A stretch of 64,000 bases of DNA from Mantamonas sphyraenae STR306 (taxonomy: Eukaryota > Protista > CRuMs). Numbering within the stretch: position 1 is the stretch's first letter; every line of letters begins with the position of its first letter. This document shows, piece by piece, positions 36,369 to 49,035 of the stretch. The stretch covers positions 62,001-126,000 of the forward strand of contig JAPMXV010000060.1 of assembly GCA_026936335.1 (NCBI GenBank), in the 5' to 3' direction. The notes beneath the pieces were generated by a model. That model was not told where the DNA came from and ran no database searches. It saw nothing but the letters and a program-made list of their open reading frames with translations. The translations under genes were made by a program, and so were the position numbers.

Positions 36369-38413
36369 ATGACAGGGAGCTATATTTTACCACGATGGCC
36401 TGTGGTGTGGCTCGTTGCAGCGCTGCTTGCGAGCATGGTGTGCAATGCGGACTCGTCCTCGGCGGCAAACCAGACCCAGACCACCGCTCTTGAGCAGCAA
36501 GTTGCCCAATTGCGTGCCAATCAAACCGACACCAACGCTGCGTTGAATGCAGTGTGGATCATGTCGTGCACGTTTCTTGTATTCTGTACGTAGGAGGGGA
36601 GAACGAGAAATGCGAAAGACCTTTTTGGGCAACTCACATTCAGCGCGCGCCCTCCAGACATGCAAGCCGGATTCACAATGGTAGAGGTGGGCTCGGCGCA
36701 ATCTCGTCACTCTATGAATATTCTTGTCAAGGTGAGTGGGTGTGCGTGCTATGGTGGACCTGGGGTGGTTATGTGGAGTTTGGCGTCTTTTTGGTGCTTT
36801 TTTCTCTGCGAGGGTCGTTGCCGACAGACTGACATGAGAACCCTCGACCGCCGCGCGGGATGTGATAGAATTTTGGCGACGCGGTGATTGGCGTTCTTGT
36901 GTACTGGGCGGTTGGATATGCATTTGCATACGGCAAGGAGGGCAACGAAGTGATTGGGTTCGGCCCGCTCTTCCTGGTCGACACAAAGTTGGAAGAGCTT
37001 GCAGGGTTCACGTTTCAGGCTGCGTTCTCAATTGCATCGTCAACGATTGTGTCTGGAGCTCTGGTGGGCCGCACACGCTTCCAGGCGTACTTTGCGGTCA
37101 CAACCATGCTGACGGGCTTTGTTTTCCCCGTCGTCTCGCACTGTGAGTCCCGAGTTGCGAGAGTAGTGGCGCACACCGGCCCCGTATGCGATGCACGCTG
37201 GGTTAAACGCTGACACGGGAAACCGCATCATGTCTGCACAGGGGTGTGGGATGGATCGGGCTTTCTGAGCTCGGGACACCCAACGCCGCTGCTGGGAATT
37301 GGAAGCATCGACTTTGCAGGCAGCGGAGTTGTCCACCTTGTGGGCGGAGTAGCTGCTGTGCTGGGTGCGTATGCAGTGGGACCACGACGTGGCCGGCTGA
37401 CGGCAGATGGACGCCTGAAGGAGATTCAGGGCCACAGCTTTGTGCAGGTGGCCATGGGCACGATCCTCCTCTGGTTTGCCTGGTTTGGCTTCAATGCAGG
37501 TTCATCCATTACTGTGACAAAGGGAAGGTATGCAGTTGCCGGACTGGCTGCCGTCAACACCTTGTTGGGAGGTGCTGGTGCTGGCGTGGGCATGATGATT
37601 CTCTCGATGGTTGTTTACCGCAAGCTGCGGCTGATGCCATTTCTGAACGCAGTGTTGGGGGGACTAGTTAGTGTGACGGCCGGATGTGCCGTCATGCCGC
37701 CGTGGGCTGCTGTGGTGACGGGGTTCCTGTCCGCAGGGGTGTACTGGGGCGGAGGCCTGTTGGAGGAGCGGTTTGCTGTGGATGACCCTGTGGAGGCCTT
37801 CCCTGTCCACGGCATGTGCGGTGTATGGGGCATGCTCTCGGTGGGTTTGTTTGCAGACCAGACATATGTGGGCCGGGTACTGGATGTGGCCGAAGTGGCT
37901 GATTTCGGCGTGTTGATGGGCGGCAACGGTTCGCTTCTGACTGCTCAATTGGCGGCAGTGGGTTGCATTGTGCTGTGGGTGGGCATGATCATGAGCATTG
38001 TTTACGCCGGCCTGCAAGCGACCATTGGCCTTCGCGTTGAGGGACAGGTGGAGCGTATTGGTTTGAACTCGGAACACGACAAGACGGAAGTGGACAAGCG
38101 CAGGCGCATCTGGGGCAACTATCTCACCACGAGCAAGAGCACGGGATCGGATGATTCGCTGCGTAGGGGCAGCGGAGCCGGTGCAGCCGATGACAACGAG
38201 CTGGAGAGCCTGCGGCGCCAGAGCCCGTCATCCCCATCCGGGCTCACCACGCGACGGCAATCCAACATCACTGTTGGCATCACGGAGAGCAACAGCGGAG
38301 AGCAGGAAGAGGGATCACCTCTGAGCGACGGAGAGCTGGGATCGCTTGATCTTCCCAATTCGCCTGCTCGCCAAAGTCCAATTCGCGCCCGTTGGGATGA
38401 GGAAGATCCATGA
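36369..38413 (+). CDS. AMT: Ammonium transporter copy 1; 4 exons
   Basis: MQAGFTMVEVG, YWAVGYAFAYG, DFAGSGVVHLVGG, WFAWFGFNAGS, DDPVEAFPVHGMCG (twin His); introns ~36586-36657, 36732-36868, 37143-37241. Confidence 0.93.
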
Positions 38414-38593
38414 GCCTGGCCTGTGGATGGGGTGCATGTCCCGCGAAAAACGCCTGGAGTGTTTTTCTCCGCCCGAGGAGCCAACGTTTGTCAGGTGGGA
38501 GCTGCACGGCCTTGGTGAAGCAACACGACTGTTAGGACTGCACACGAACAAACTGTACCAATACTTCAACTCACCGAAGCATTCCTCCCGAGA

Positions 38594-40385
38594 ATGATTG
38601 GCAAGAATGTTTTCGTGCTGGTCATCACGCTGGCCTCGATCCACCACGCCTCTGCAAGCGCATTGCCAACGGCAAGGAGCACAGACGATGCTCAAATGGC
38701 TATTGACGCTGTGTGGATGATGCTTTGCACCTTCCTAGTGTTCTGTAAGTGATGGGAGGCGCAGTGTCTACGCGACAAGGAATTTCCAAAAAAGTCTAAC
38801 ACCGTTGTATCCGGCCCGCAGACATGCAGACGGGCTTCACCATGCTCGAGGTGGGCACAGCTCAAAACAAACATTCGATGAACATCATCATCAAGGTGGG
38901 TTTTGGACCACACATGAGCTGGAAGGCCATGGGGAAGGGTGACTCCAAGCACATCTTCTAGACGAAAACTTGTCCCGAGACGAACTGACAAATTTTTGGG
39001 CGTAGAATCTGGGCGACGCCGTTATCGGCATCTTCATGTACTATGCCATCGGCTACGGTCTGGCATACGGTCCTGACGGCAACTGGTTTGTCGGTTCGGG
39101 CTACTTCTTCCTGGTTGGCATTCCCAAGGGCGACCTGGCGGGCTTCCTTTTCCAGGCGTCCTTCTCTATTGCCTCGGCCACCATTGTGTCGGGAGCCATG
39201 GTGGGTCGTGCACGATACGTGTCGTACTTTGTGGTGACAACGATCATGACGAGTGTGACATACCCCGTGGTGTCCCATTGGGTGTGGGATGCCAAGGGGT
39301 GGCTGAGCACTGGGTTGGAAACGCCGCTGAACGGGTCTGGAATGATTGACTTTGCAGGAAGTGGGGTGGTGCATCTGGTGGGAGGTGTGGCAGCACTGAT
39401 TGGAGCCAAGATGCTGGGTCCGCGTGAAGGACGGTACGTGCGAGGGAAACGAAAGGAGCTGGAGCAGCACAGTTTCGTTCTCGTGGCGATGGCAACAATG
39501 ATCCTGTGGTTTGCGTGGTTTGGGTTCAACGCAGGGTCGTCTGTGACGGTGACTCAAGGACGGTACGCAGTGGCAGGACTGGCAGCGGTGAACACAATGC
39601 TGGGTGGAGCTGGAGCTGGGGTGGGGATGATGGCGTTGTCGCTGATGAAGTACAGGAAGCTGCAGCTGATGCCGTTCCTGAACGCAGTGCTGGGTGGACT
39701 GGTGAGTGTGACAGCGGGGTGTGCAGTGATTCCACCGTGGGCAGCACTTGTGGCAGGCTTCCTTGCGGCAGGAGTGTACTGGTTGGGAGCAGTTGCAGAG
39801 GAGCACCTGGAGGTGGATGACCCTGTGGAGGCGTTTCCTGTGCATGGGATGTGTGGAGTGTGGGGACTGGTTGTGGTGGGACTGTTTGCGAATGGTGCGG
39901 ATGTGGCAGACATGCTTGCGGTGAGCAAGGTGGGACCAGCACAGATGGGACTGCTGATGGGAGGCGACGGATCGCTGATTTTGACGCAGCTGATTGGGGC
40001 GGCGTCGATCATGGGGTGGGTGGGCGGGATGACTGGGACGCTGATGGCTGTGTTGAAGTACACCGTTGGGTTGCGGGTCACACGGGAGCTGGAGATTGCA
40101 GGGTTGAACCTGGAGCACGATGGCAAGTCGTACGAGGACCAGCGCCGTATTCTGGACACGTACGGCCAGTTTCTGATGAACCAGAAGCACAAGAGCGCAG
40201 AGGAAGGTGGCATGTTGGACCGCTGGTCCACCGTTTCCGAGTCACCGATGCAAACCCCTGCTCGCACGCCAGCCCTGAGCAGGTCGCAAACCCTTGTACA
40301 TACTGCTGATGATGATGGAGTTCTGCACACCATTGTGGAAATTGAAGCTGAACCTGGAAGCAACGAGAGGAAAGAGAACGAGTGA
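38594..40385 (+). CDS. AMT: Ammonium transporter copy 2; 3 exons
   Basis: Same Amt motifs; exon 3 starts ~39006. Confidence 0.93.
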
Positions 40386-40479
40386 CGTGCGCAAGCATGA
40401 CCATATCATACAAATCCGCTCCATCGGTGTGTTTGTGAACCGTAGAGCCACACAAATTCACGCCCACCATAAAGTGACC

Positions 40480-42325
40480 ATGGGAGCAAGCTTCTGGAGG
40501 TCCAGAAAACCAAGAGCATCGAGCCTTCTTCTAGCCGCATGGGGGTTTTCTCAAGCAACCACAGCCATGGCCAGTGACACGAGCATCACCGTGGCCAACA
40601 ATGCCTCTGCGGTCGATGCGGTGTGGATCCTGGTCAGCACATTTCTTGTTTTCTGTAAGAAAAGGGGGGATGAGGCCGGGGAGAAACACGTGGAACCGCG
40701 CGCTCACAAATCCCTCTTGCTCCAACCCGCAGACATGCAGACGGGCTTCACCATGCTCGAGGTGGGCAGTGCACAAACAAAGCATTCCATGAACATTATC
40801 ATCAAGGTGAGTGATCACGGACGACCGGACACAGGGCACAGGCGCAACTCACACGGAATCCCCCCCAAACGCGTAATTTTCACAAAACTTCCAGAACTTG
40901 GGCGACGCCGTTATCGGCATCTTCATGTACTATGCCATCGGCTACGGTCTGGCATACGGTCCTGACGGCAACTGGTTTGTCGGTTCGGGCTACTTCTTCC
41001 TGGTTGGCATTCCCAAGGGCGACCTGGCGGGCTTCCTTTTCCAGGCGTCCTTCTCTATTGCCTCGGCCACCATTGTGTCGGGAGCCATGGTGGGTCGTGC
41101 ACGATACGTGTCGTACTTTGTGGTGACAACGATCATGACGAGTGTGACATATCCCGTGGTGTCCCATTGGGTGTGGGATGCCAAGGGGTGGCTGAGCACT
41201 GGGTTGGAAACGCCGCTGAACGGATCTGGAATGATTGACTTTGCAGGAAGTGGGGTGGTGCATCTGGTGGGAGGTGTGGCAGCACTGATTGGAGCCAAGA
41301 TGCTGGGTCCGCGTGAAGGACGGTACGTGCGAGGGAAACGAAAGGAGCTGGAGCAGCACAGTTTCGTTCTCGTGGCGATGGCAACAATGATCCTGTGGTT
41401 TGCGTGGTTTGGGTTCAACGCAGGGTCGTCTGTGACGGTGACTCAAGGACGGTACGCAGTGGCAGGACTGGCAGCGGTGAACACAATGCTGGGTGGAGCT
41501 GGAGCCGGGGTGGGGATGATGGCGTTGTCGCTGATGAAGTACAGGAAGCTGCAGCTGATGCCGTTCCTGAACGCAGTGCTGGGTGGACTGGTGAGTGTGA
41601 CAGCAGGGTGTGCAGTGATTCCACCGTGGGCAGCACTTGTGGCAGGCTTCCTTGCGGCAGGAGTGTACTGGTTGGGAGCAGTTGCAGAGGAGCACCTGGA
41701 GGTGGATGACCCTGTGGAGGCGTTTCCTGTGCATGGGATGTGTGGAGTGTGGGGACTGGTTGTGGTGGGACTGTTTGCGAATGGTGCGGATGTGGCAGAC
41801 ATGCTTGCGGTGAGCAAGGTGGGACCAGCACAGATGGGGCTGCTGATGGGAGGCGACGGATCGCTGATTTTGACGCAGCTGATTGGGGCGGCGTCGATCA
41901 TGGGGTGGGTGGGCGGGATGATTGGGACGCTGATGGCTGTGTTGAAGTACACCGTTGGGTTGCGGGTCACACGGGAGCTGGAGATTGCAGGGTTGAACCT
42001 GGAGCACGATGGAAACACGTACGAGGACCAGCGTCGTATTCTGGACACGTACGGACAGCACTTGATGAACCAGAGGTACAAGAGCGCAGAGGAAGGTGGC
42101 ATGTTGGACCGCTGGTCCACACGGTCGAGCATTCCTGGGAGTCCCCGAAGTGTGGCTGCAGCATCTCCTTTGCATGCACGTCCGGGTAGGCGTGGCTCAA
42201 GACGTGGCTCTGTGATGCTGGCCGAGGATGATGACGAGGAGGAACCGTTCAGCACCGACAACTCGGTGACGCGTGTGGTCGAGGTGGATGCACGTCGCAA
42301 AGAGAGCCCAGGAGCCAGTCGATGA
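40480..42325 (+). CDS. AMT: Ammonium transporter copy 3; 3 exons
   Basis: Same Amt motifs; exon 3 starts ~40895 and is nearly identical to copy 2. Confidence 0.93.
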
Positions 42326-42450
42326 GCTTTGTTGTGGAGGTACGTGTGCAGTACGGGCACTGAATTGTGTGTGCTCCAGAGCGCAGCCAGGCGTGCGTTT
42401 GTTCAGCCAACTAGCATTGCATTCGTCGGACGGGGAAGAGAAAGCGATTG

Positions 42451-44422
42451 ATGTCAGCAAAGAATCCCTTGTCGCTGTTGATTCCTCTAGTGTGTCTCGC
42501 AGAGACCGCAGCTGCTGCAACTTCAGACGAGTTGCAGGCCACCGTTGCGCAAAATTCTCTGGCCGTCGACGCGGTGTGGTTACTCATCTGCACCTGCCTC
42601 GTGTTTTGTGAGTTGTTCCGTATCGTGTGCTGCATAAAGCTGTGTGGCGTACCAGGGCTCTCCGTGTGCCGCATGGACGAGCTGAACTCCGTGCGAGGCT
42701 TCGCCAACGCGGGAAAATGCCCGGAATGGGGGACAATTCCCACACCATGCCAAACCACTGCCAGTTCCCCAAGCGCCACTGACCGAATGGTCAAAGCCAC
42801 CAGTTGTATTATGTCCCCTTTTATCCTTCGCTTCCACCTGTGCGCCCTTGTGTTGAAGGTGTGGTTTTCGTGCGTGGAGAAAAAAACGACCTGCGTCTCA
42901 CACACAGAAAATCGTGCACTTCTCCGGACACCCCCGCAGACATGCAGACGGGCTTCACCATGCTCGAGGTGGGCACAGCGCAAACAAAGCATTCCATGAA
43001 CATTATCATCAAGGTGAGTGGCAACCTGCACAGAGTTGCAGCTTCCCCCCGAAGAGAAAGGCGAACGTTCTCCAAGGCGCTCACGCAATCGTTCCGCAGA
43101 ACTTGGGCGACGCCGTTATCGGCATCTTCATGTACTATGCCATCGGCTACGGTCTGGCATACGGTCCTGACGGCAACTGGTTTGTCGGTTCGGGCTACTT
43201 CTTCCTGGTTGGCATTCCCAAGGGCGACCTGGCGGGCTTCCTTTTCCAGGCGTCCTTCTCTATTGCCTCGGCCACCATTGTGTCGGGAGCCATGGTGGGT
43301 CGTGCACGGTACGTGTCGTACTTTGTGGTGACAACGATCATGACGAGTGTGACATACCCCGTGGTGTCCCATTGGGTGTGGGATGCCAAGGGGTGGCTGA
43401 GCACTGGGTTGGAAGCGCCGCTGAACGGGTCTGGAATGATTGACTTTGCAGGAAGTGGGGTGGTGCATCTGGTGGGAGGTGTGGCAGCACTGATTGGAGC
43501 CAAGATGCTGGGTCCGCGTGAAGGACGGTACGTGCGAGGGAAACGAAAGGAGCTGGAAGGACACAGTTTCGTTCTCGTGGCGATGGCAACAATGATCCTG
43601 TGGTTTGCGTGGTTTGGGTTCAACGCAGGGTCGTCTGTGACGGTGACTCAAGGACGGTACGCAGTGGCAGGACTGGCAGCGGTGAACACAATGCTGGGTG
43701 GGGCTGGAGCTGGGGTGGGGATGATGGCGTTGTCGCTGATGAAGTACAGGAAGCTGCAGCTGATGCCGTTCCTGAACGCAGTGCTGGGTGGACTGGTGAG
43801 TGTGACAGCAGGGTGTGCAGTGATTCCACCGTGGGCAGCACTTGTGGCAGGCTTCCTTGCGGCAGGAGTGTACTGGTTGGGAGCAGTTGCAGAGGAGCAC
43901 CTGGAGGTGGATGACCCTGTGGAGGCGTTTCCTGTGCATGGGATGTGTGGAGTGTGGGGACTGGTTGTGGTGGGACTGTTTGCGAATGGTGCGGATGTGG
44001 CAGACATGCTTGCGGTGAGCAAGGTGGGACCAGCACAGATGGGACTGCTGATGGGAGGCGACGGATCGCTGGTGGTGACGCAGATGCTTGGAGCTGGCTG
44101 CATCGTGTTGTGGGTGGGAGTAGTCACGTTCCTGGCCATGTCTGCGTTGAACAAGTACCCCGGCCTTCGGGTGGAGCTGGCACTGGAACGCGCCGGATTG
44201 AACCTGGAGCACGACGTGACGGATCACCACCAACGCACGCGTCTGCTTGACCAGTGGGCCAAGTACGTGGAGAAGCAGGCAGCCGAGATGAACGATGATG
44301 GTGACGACACGGAAAGCGTGGTGAACAGCCAAGTGGATGGCGTGAGTGTGGTTGAGCTGGACTCTAGACACGTCAGCAAGGGACAAGAGGGAGCAGGTGT
44401 GCGCGTGACAGAGGTGGTGTGA
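42451..44422 (+). CDS. AMT: Ammonium transporter copy 4; 3 exons
   Basis: Same Amt motifs; exon 3 starts ~43100, near-identical to copies 2/3 until ~44070. Confidence 0.93.
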
Positions 44423-44495
44423 TTTGCAAAGCGAACACAAGCACCCAAACCCACACTCGTTGTCACAAAAATCCTTCATCCTTCTGCCCCATGCC

Positions 44496-45636
44496 TCACA
44501 ACTCGTCGTTGGTGATGAATCGGTTGCCCTCAGACTGTCGACCAACATAGGTGTATGCAGCTCGGCCGAAACGAGCGCCGCCTCGCTGGCCCTCGGGCAG
44601 GTCGCCGGCCGAGTCGTCGTCGCCTTCGGGTTCGCCAAACAAGCTAATGTTTTTGGTGGACGTGGCGTTGGAGGTGGACGAGGCATTGCCACTGTTGGCT
44701 TTGCGGGTGGGACGTGCCACCTTTGAGAATTGGCCCACGCGTTTGGCCTCGTTGCGTTCGTTGCGCGTGACCTCGGAGGAGTCCAGGAAGCGCAGATTGG
44801 GCAGTGTGTACAGCACCGTGTAGCGGTAGCGGGAATAATCGTCTTCGTCCTTCTGGAAGAAGAAGTTGGGGCAGGCTGGGTTCTTCAGCAGAGACAGCAT
44901 GCCCAAGTTTGGGAATTTGGCGCCCACCTCGCTCAGCAGTGCGTCGAGATCTTCAATCTGCGGTGCAGCGCCGTTTGGTGTGAGTGTCGATGGCCCATGC
45001 GCAGCAGACAGCCATGCGTTGGGTCCAAGGGCTATGGAAACAGATGGATGGGCGCTGGCGAGTGTGTGGTAGGCAAGGTGTGCGTGGTGGCTCCACACAG
45101 ACGGCAGCAAAACGCACGTTGTTGTTGTTCAGCGAGAGGGAGGCGAGGCTGCTCAGCGCTGGAAACTCCTGCTGGCTGACCAGCTCATTGTTGTCCAGGC
45201 ACAGGGTGTCCAGATTCACAAACAAGTCCAAGTTGGACACCGTTCTGTGGGTGGAGGGAATGGGGAACACAGCGAGGAAGGGTGCACGGAAGAGGGGGGG
45301 GATGTGAGCTCACGCGTGGACTCGAGCTCGCCGGCACTGGCGACGGGGCGGGGCCAACGCGGGAGAGCCCACTTACTCAATGCGATTGTAGGAAAAGTCC
45401 AGGAAGCGAATTTTGTCGCCATATGTCTCGCCCAGCTCGGAAGGGATGGCGGTGATGTCCTGGCCCACGCAGGACAGATATTGGCCGTTCACGGTGATTT
45501 CCAGGGTGCCACCGTCGCCCAGCTGCAGCTGCACCACAGAGTCATCCTTGTACTCGGGTGCCCCCTCTGCCGCAGCTGCCTCTAGCGCCTGTTGCCGTGC
45601 TTCCGCCTCCACTTGCGCCTGTTCTGCGCTCGACAT
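44496..45636 (-). CDS. LRMDA: Leucine-rich repeat protein LRMDA/C10orf11-like; 3 exons
   Basis: FLDFSYNRI, NLDTLCLDNNEL, LSLLKNPACPN..DEDDYSRYRYTVLYTLPNLRFLDS, C-terminal YVGRQSEGNRFITNDEL. Confidence 0.8.
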
Positions 45637-45657
45637 GCCAAATCGACTTGGCACACC

Positions 45658-46324
45658 ATGGGCGGCGAGACTGTGAGTTCTCCCCTCCTCCGCCTCCTCC
45701 CTTCTCCCGCTTTGCACCGTCTTCCTTTCCCCTTCCTGTACCCCTCCCCACGCCGTGTCTGTGTCCCTCCTTCCATACCCCTGTCCTTTCATGTCCTTTG
45801 GTTGCCCAGGCAAGCTTGGGCAACGGTCCAACCGCTCCCTGCTGACGCTTCTTGCGAAATCACGCGCTCCGCCGCTCGATACGCCGCTCTGCCGCTGCGC
45901 ACAATGTCCCCCGGGTCGCATACGCCATGTCACCGTGTGTGCCATGTGTCCCTGCTGCCATGTGGCCCGTGTTTGTTATCCCATGCCCTCTCTACAGGAC
46001 GTGATCAAGAACGCAAACATCGAAAAGTGGGCGTTGTACCGCGAGAACACCCTGCATTACTTCCGCTTCAACAAGCGCACCACCAGCATCATCCTCGGCT
46101 TTGCTGTCGTCGTGCCCACCCTTGTCTACCAGGCTGGCAAGGCAGAGATGGTATGCAACTCTCCCATGCCACAGCCATGGCCCTGTGGCGTGGCTGCTTC
46201 ATCACGCTCCCCTTGATTGTAACCCCCAGCACTCACACTCGTACTCACACACACACACGCACAATCACCCCCAACACAGGTCACAAAGGACAAGAAGAAT
46301 GGCGTGGTTCGACGCTACATGTAA
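45658..46324 (+). CDS. NDUFB4: Complex I subunit NDUFB4 (B15), short plant/protist-like form; exons 45658-45672, 45998-46150, 46280-46324
   Basis: Spliced MGGETDVIKNANIEKWALYRENTLHYFRFNKRTTSIILGFAVVVPTLVYQ..; KNxxIExW..REN..FR pattern plus one TM. Confidence 0.75.
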
Positions 46325-46332
46325 AATGGAGG

Positions 46333-47253
46333 TCACATTTCATTAACACCACACGCAGAGTGGAGAGAGGGAGGGACCAGCTCCTCCTCCAGGTCTTGTC
46401 CCTTCCCGTTCCCCTCCGCCCCCTCCGCCTCGTTCCCCTCTGCCTGAAACATCCAGAGTTGCAGCGCCCCTTCCGTGGCAGGTGTGAATTGCTCCATGTC
46501 CAGCCACTGGCCTCTGCGATCACGCGCGCCGTCCTTGCACACACTTTCCACCGCCACCATGTGCAGACGAGCACTCTCAAAGCTGCTCTCCACACCGCCG
46601 CCATACGCATCCATCACTTCGTCGCTGGATAGGTTGCTGGAGGCACTCAGGACGTACGAAACGCGGCCGTTGGTGGTCAAATTCTCCACCAGACCCAGGA
46701 GCACGAATGAGGATGGATCCAGCTGCACACCCACCTCCTCCCTCACTTCATCGGCGCCCGATTCAAACAGTTGTGCAACCACGTCGCCATCTTGCACCCT
46801 CTCCGGTTCTGGGTGGCCCCCGGGAACGTCCAGCAACCCGGGTGCCTCTTCCAGGTCTTTGCTGCGTTCCAAACACACCAGGAAGCCGTCTGTGGTGGTG
46901 AGCAACACACCCACTCCCAGAGCATTGCTCCATACACGGGGATCGTCCTCAGCACGCAGCCGCTTCAACGTTTCCTCCTCCACACTCATGTTGGTGGTCA
47001 CAAACTCCGCGTAGTCTGTGTGTCCCAGCTTCAACGCCAGTCTGCGCTGCCCTCTTTGCGTCTCTTCCACCTGCGCCTCTGCAAAGCGAAACTTGGGGCC
47101 GGCAAACAGGTGTTCGTTTGCCGCCAGCCTCTTTTGCCACGCCGCCTCCAGATCCACACCGTCCAACCGTCGCATGTCATGCTCATGCTCCCATTCCACC
47201 GTCACCTGTCCACTTGTCCACTGCCCCTGCAGCAGAACACGGGCACGCGACAT
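46333..47253 (-). CDS. NUDT22: Nudix hydrolase NUDT22-like (UDP-glucose pyrophosphatase)
   Basis: LFAGPKFRF, LKLGHTDYAEFVTTN, SNALGVGVLLTTTDG, DVPGGHPEP, EVREEVG. Confidence 0.82.
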   Translation of the reverse strand: MSRARVLLQGQWTSGQVTVEWEHEHDMRRLDGVDLEAAWQKRLAANEHLFAGPKFRFAEAQVEETQRGQRRLALKLGHTDYAEFVTTNMSVEEETLKRLRAEDDPRVWSNALGVGVLLTTTDGFLVCLERSKDLEEAPGLLDVPGGHPEPERVQDGDVVAQLFESGADEVREEVGVQLDPSSFVLLGLVENLTTNGRVSYVLSASSNLSSDEVMDAYGGGVESSFESARLHMVAVESVCKDGARDRRGQWLDMEQFTPATEGALQLWMFQAEGNEAEGAEGNGKGQDLEEELVPPSLHSACGVNEM

Positions 47254-47310
47254 CAGAACACATTCCTTGCGAGCCCCGTCGCATCCATTCAAATCCCCGC
47301 TTTCCATTGC

Positions 47311-48982
47311 ATGCGCCTTCCCAATTGGGCGCTTATAGCCCTCATCTACGGCACCACCTGGCTTCCTGCCTTGGCTGTTGTGCTCGTACCTCGCCTGGAC
47401 GGCCTGCGCCTTCGCCCCATCGTCCTCTATGCCACGGCCTCCTCGCTCTTTCTCTTTGTCATGGTCCAGGGTACGTCTCCCTCTCTCCCTTTGCTCTCTC
47501 TTTCTCTCTCTCTCTCTCTCTTGTGTCACGCGTCTCTTTCCTCCCTCATGGCTCCTGACACCTGCGGAATTTTTTACTCTCCGGCGCGCGGGTGATGCAG
47601 CTTTTTCGCTCGCACACACGCCTCGATTGGTGATTGTGCCACTGTTTTACCTGGGTGTGTGCATGGCCTACCACAGTGCCATTGTGGCCATTTTTGGTGT
47701 CCTTCAACCCATCATTGCGGCCATGGCGGGCCTTCTCCTGGGCCACCTCACCGTTTGGCTCTGCTTCGAGCTTGGCCACCGCCCTCTCAGCAAGCTTCTG
47801 CGCTCCGACGACGACCGTTTCCAACCCAGGGCCATGCGTGCCTTGGCCCTCGCATCCGTCTGGCTCTTTCTTCAAATCCTGTTCTCCCTTGTGTTTGGCG
47901 TGGTGTTTGACGTCCTGGGCACCGTGCCCTGGGGCTCCGTCGTACGCGTCATCATGTGTTCCCTCTACCCTGTGGGCATTGCTGTCTTCAAACTCTTTCA
48001 GCAGCAGGGTTTGCAAAAGGGAGGTGTGCATTCGTTGGGGTACACCTTTGAGTTTGCCTCCCTCTCCTTTGCGGCCATCCCCTACCGAGCCATCTTCCTT
48101 GCCCTCTCCGACTGGACCGTGTTCATCCTCATCCTGGGCGTCCAGGTGGTCTTCAAGACAGCCGTATACACCTTTGCCCTCACCGATTCGGGTCTGCTCC
48201 TGCGTTCCCGCCTCGTGCGCAGCATCCGCCGTTGTCTGGGCAACGACGATGACGACGACGGCGACAACGACGACGACGGTGCATCGACCAGCAGACGAAG
48301 CAGTGCCACTGCCAGCAGACACAACAGCAGTGGAACCACCTCTCCCGTCAGTGTGGAGGGCATGAATGCCAGCAATGCCGCCGCTGCACCCCGCGTCAAC
48401 AACCTCGTGGTGCCTTTGAATCACAACCACGTGGACGTGGAGGAAGGAAAGAGTGTCGACGATGACGCGGACTCCAAGCGCAGCCGATCGCGTTCGCGAG
48501 CGTTCACCAACACGGTGCAGGTGGGTGCGTATGAACGTGGTGGTGGTGGTGGCGGAGACGGAGGCGATGATGGGGCTTCCGCAACCTCGCTCAACGACGC
48601 AGAGTACCTTCGACAGAACATTGCGGCCAAGTTTTACTTTCACACCGTCATCGACTCGCAGGCTGTGGTGGGCATGGTCATCCTGTTGGAACTCATGCGC
48701 GAGGGTTCCAACAACCCCATTGCCGGCCTTCCCACCTACCGCTGGAACCAACTCCTGCTCCAATACCTCATCGGCTTCCTCGTCGAACTCCTCATTGTCT
48801 TTCTCATCACCGTCCTCGTGCGACGCAACATCGACGACCCGTCTCACTTTCACCCGGCCCACACGGGCCTTGCACACATTCGCAACGGGTTTGGCGCAAT
48901 GTGTCTCTCCCTTGCCACTGTTTACGTCGCCATCTTTCTTCTAATCGACAATGGGATGCTCAGCGTGGGATGGAATACATGA
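47311..48982 (+). CDS. Unknown polytopic membrane protein; intron 47471-47600
   Basis: ~10 hydrophobic segments and a Ser/Asp-rich loop; GTACGT..GCAG intron keeps the frame. Confidence 0.6.
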
Positions 48983-49035
48983 ATGTGACTCCACCCTCTG
49001 CGCCTCTCCACCCAGCCAATTCCCACACATCCGCA

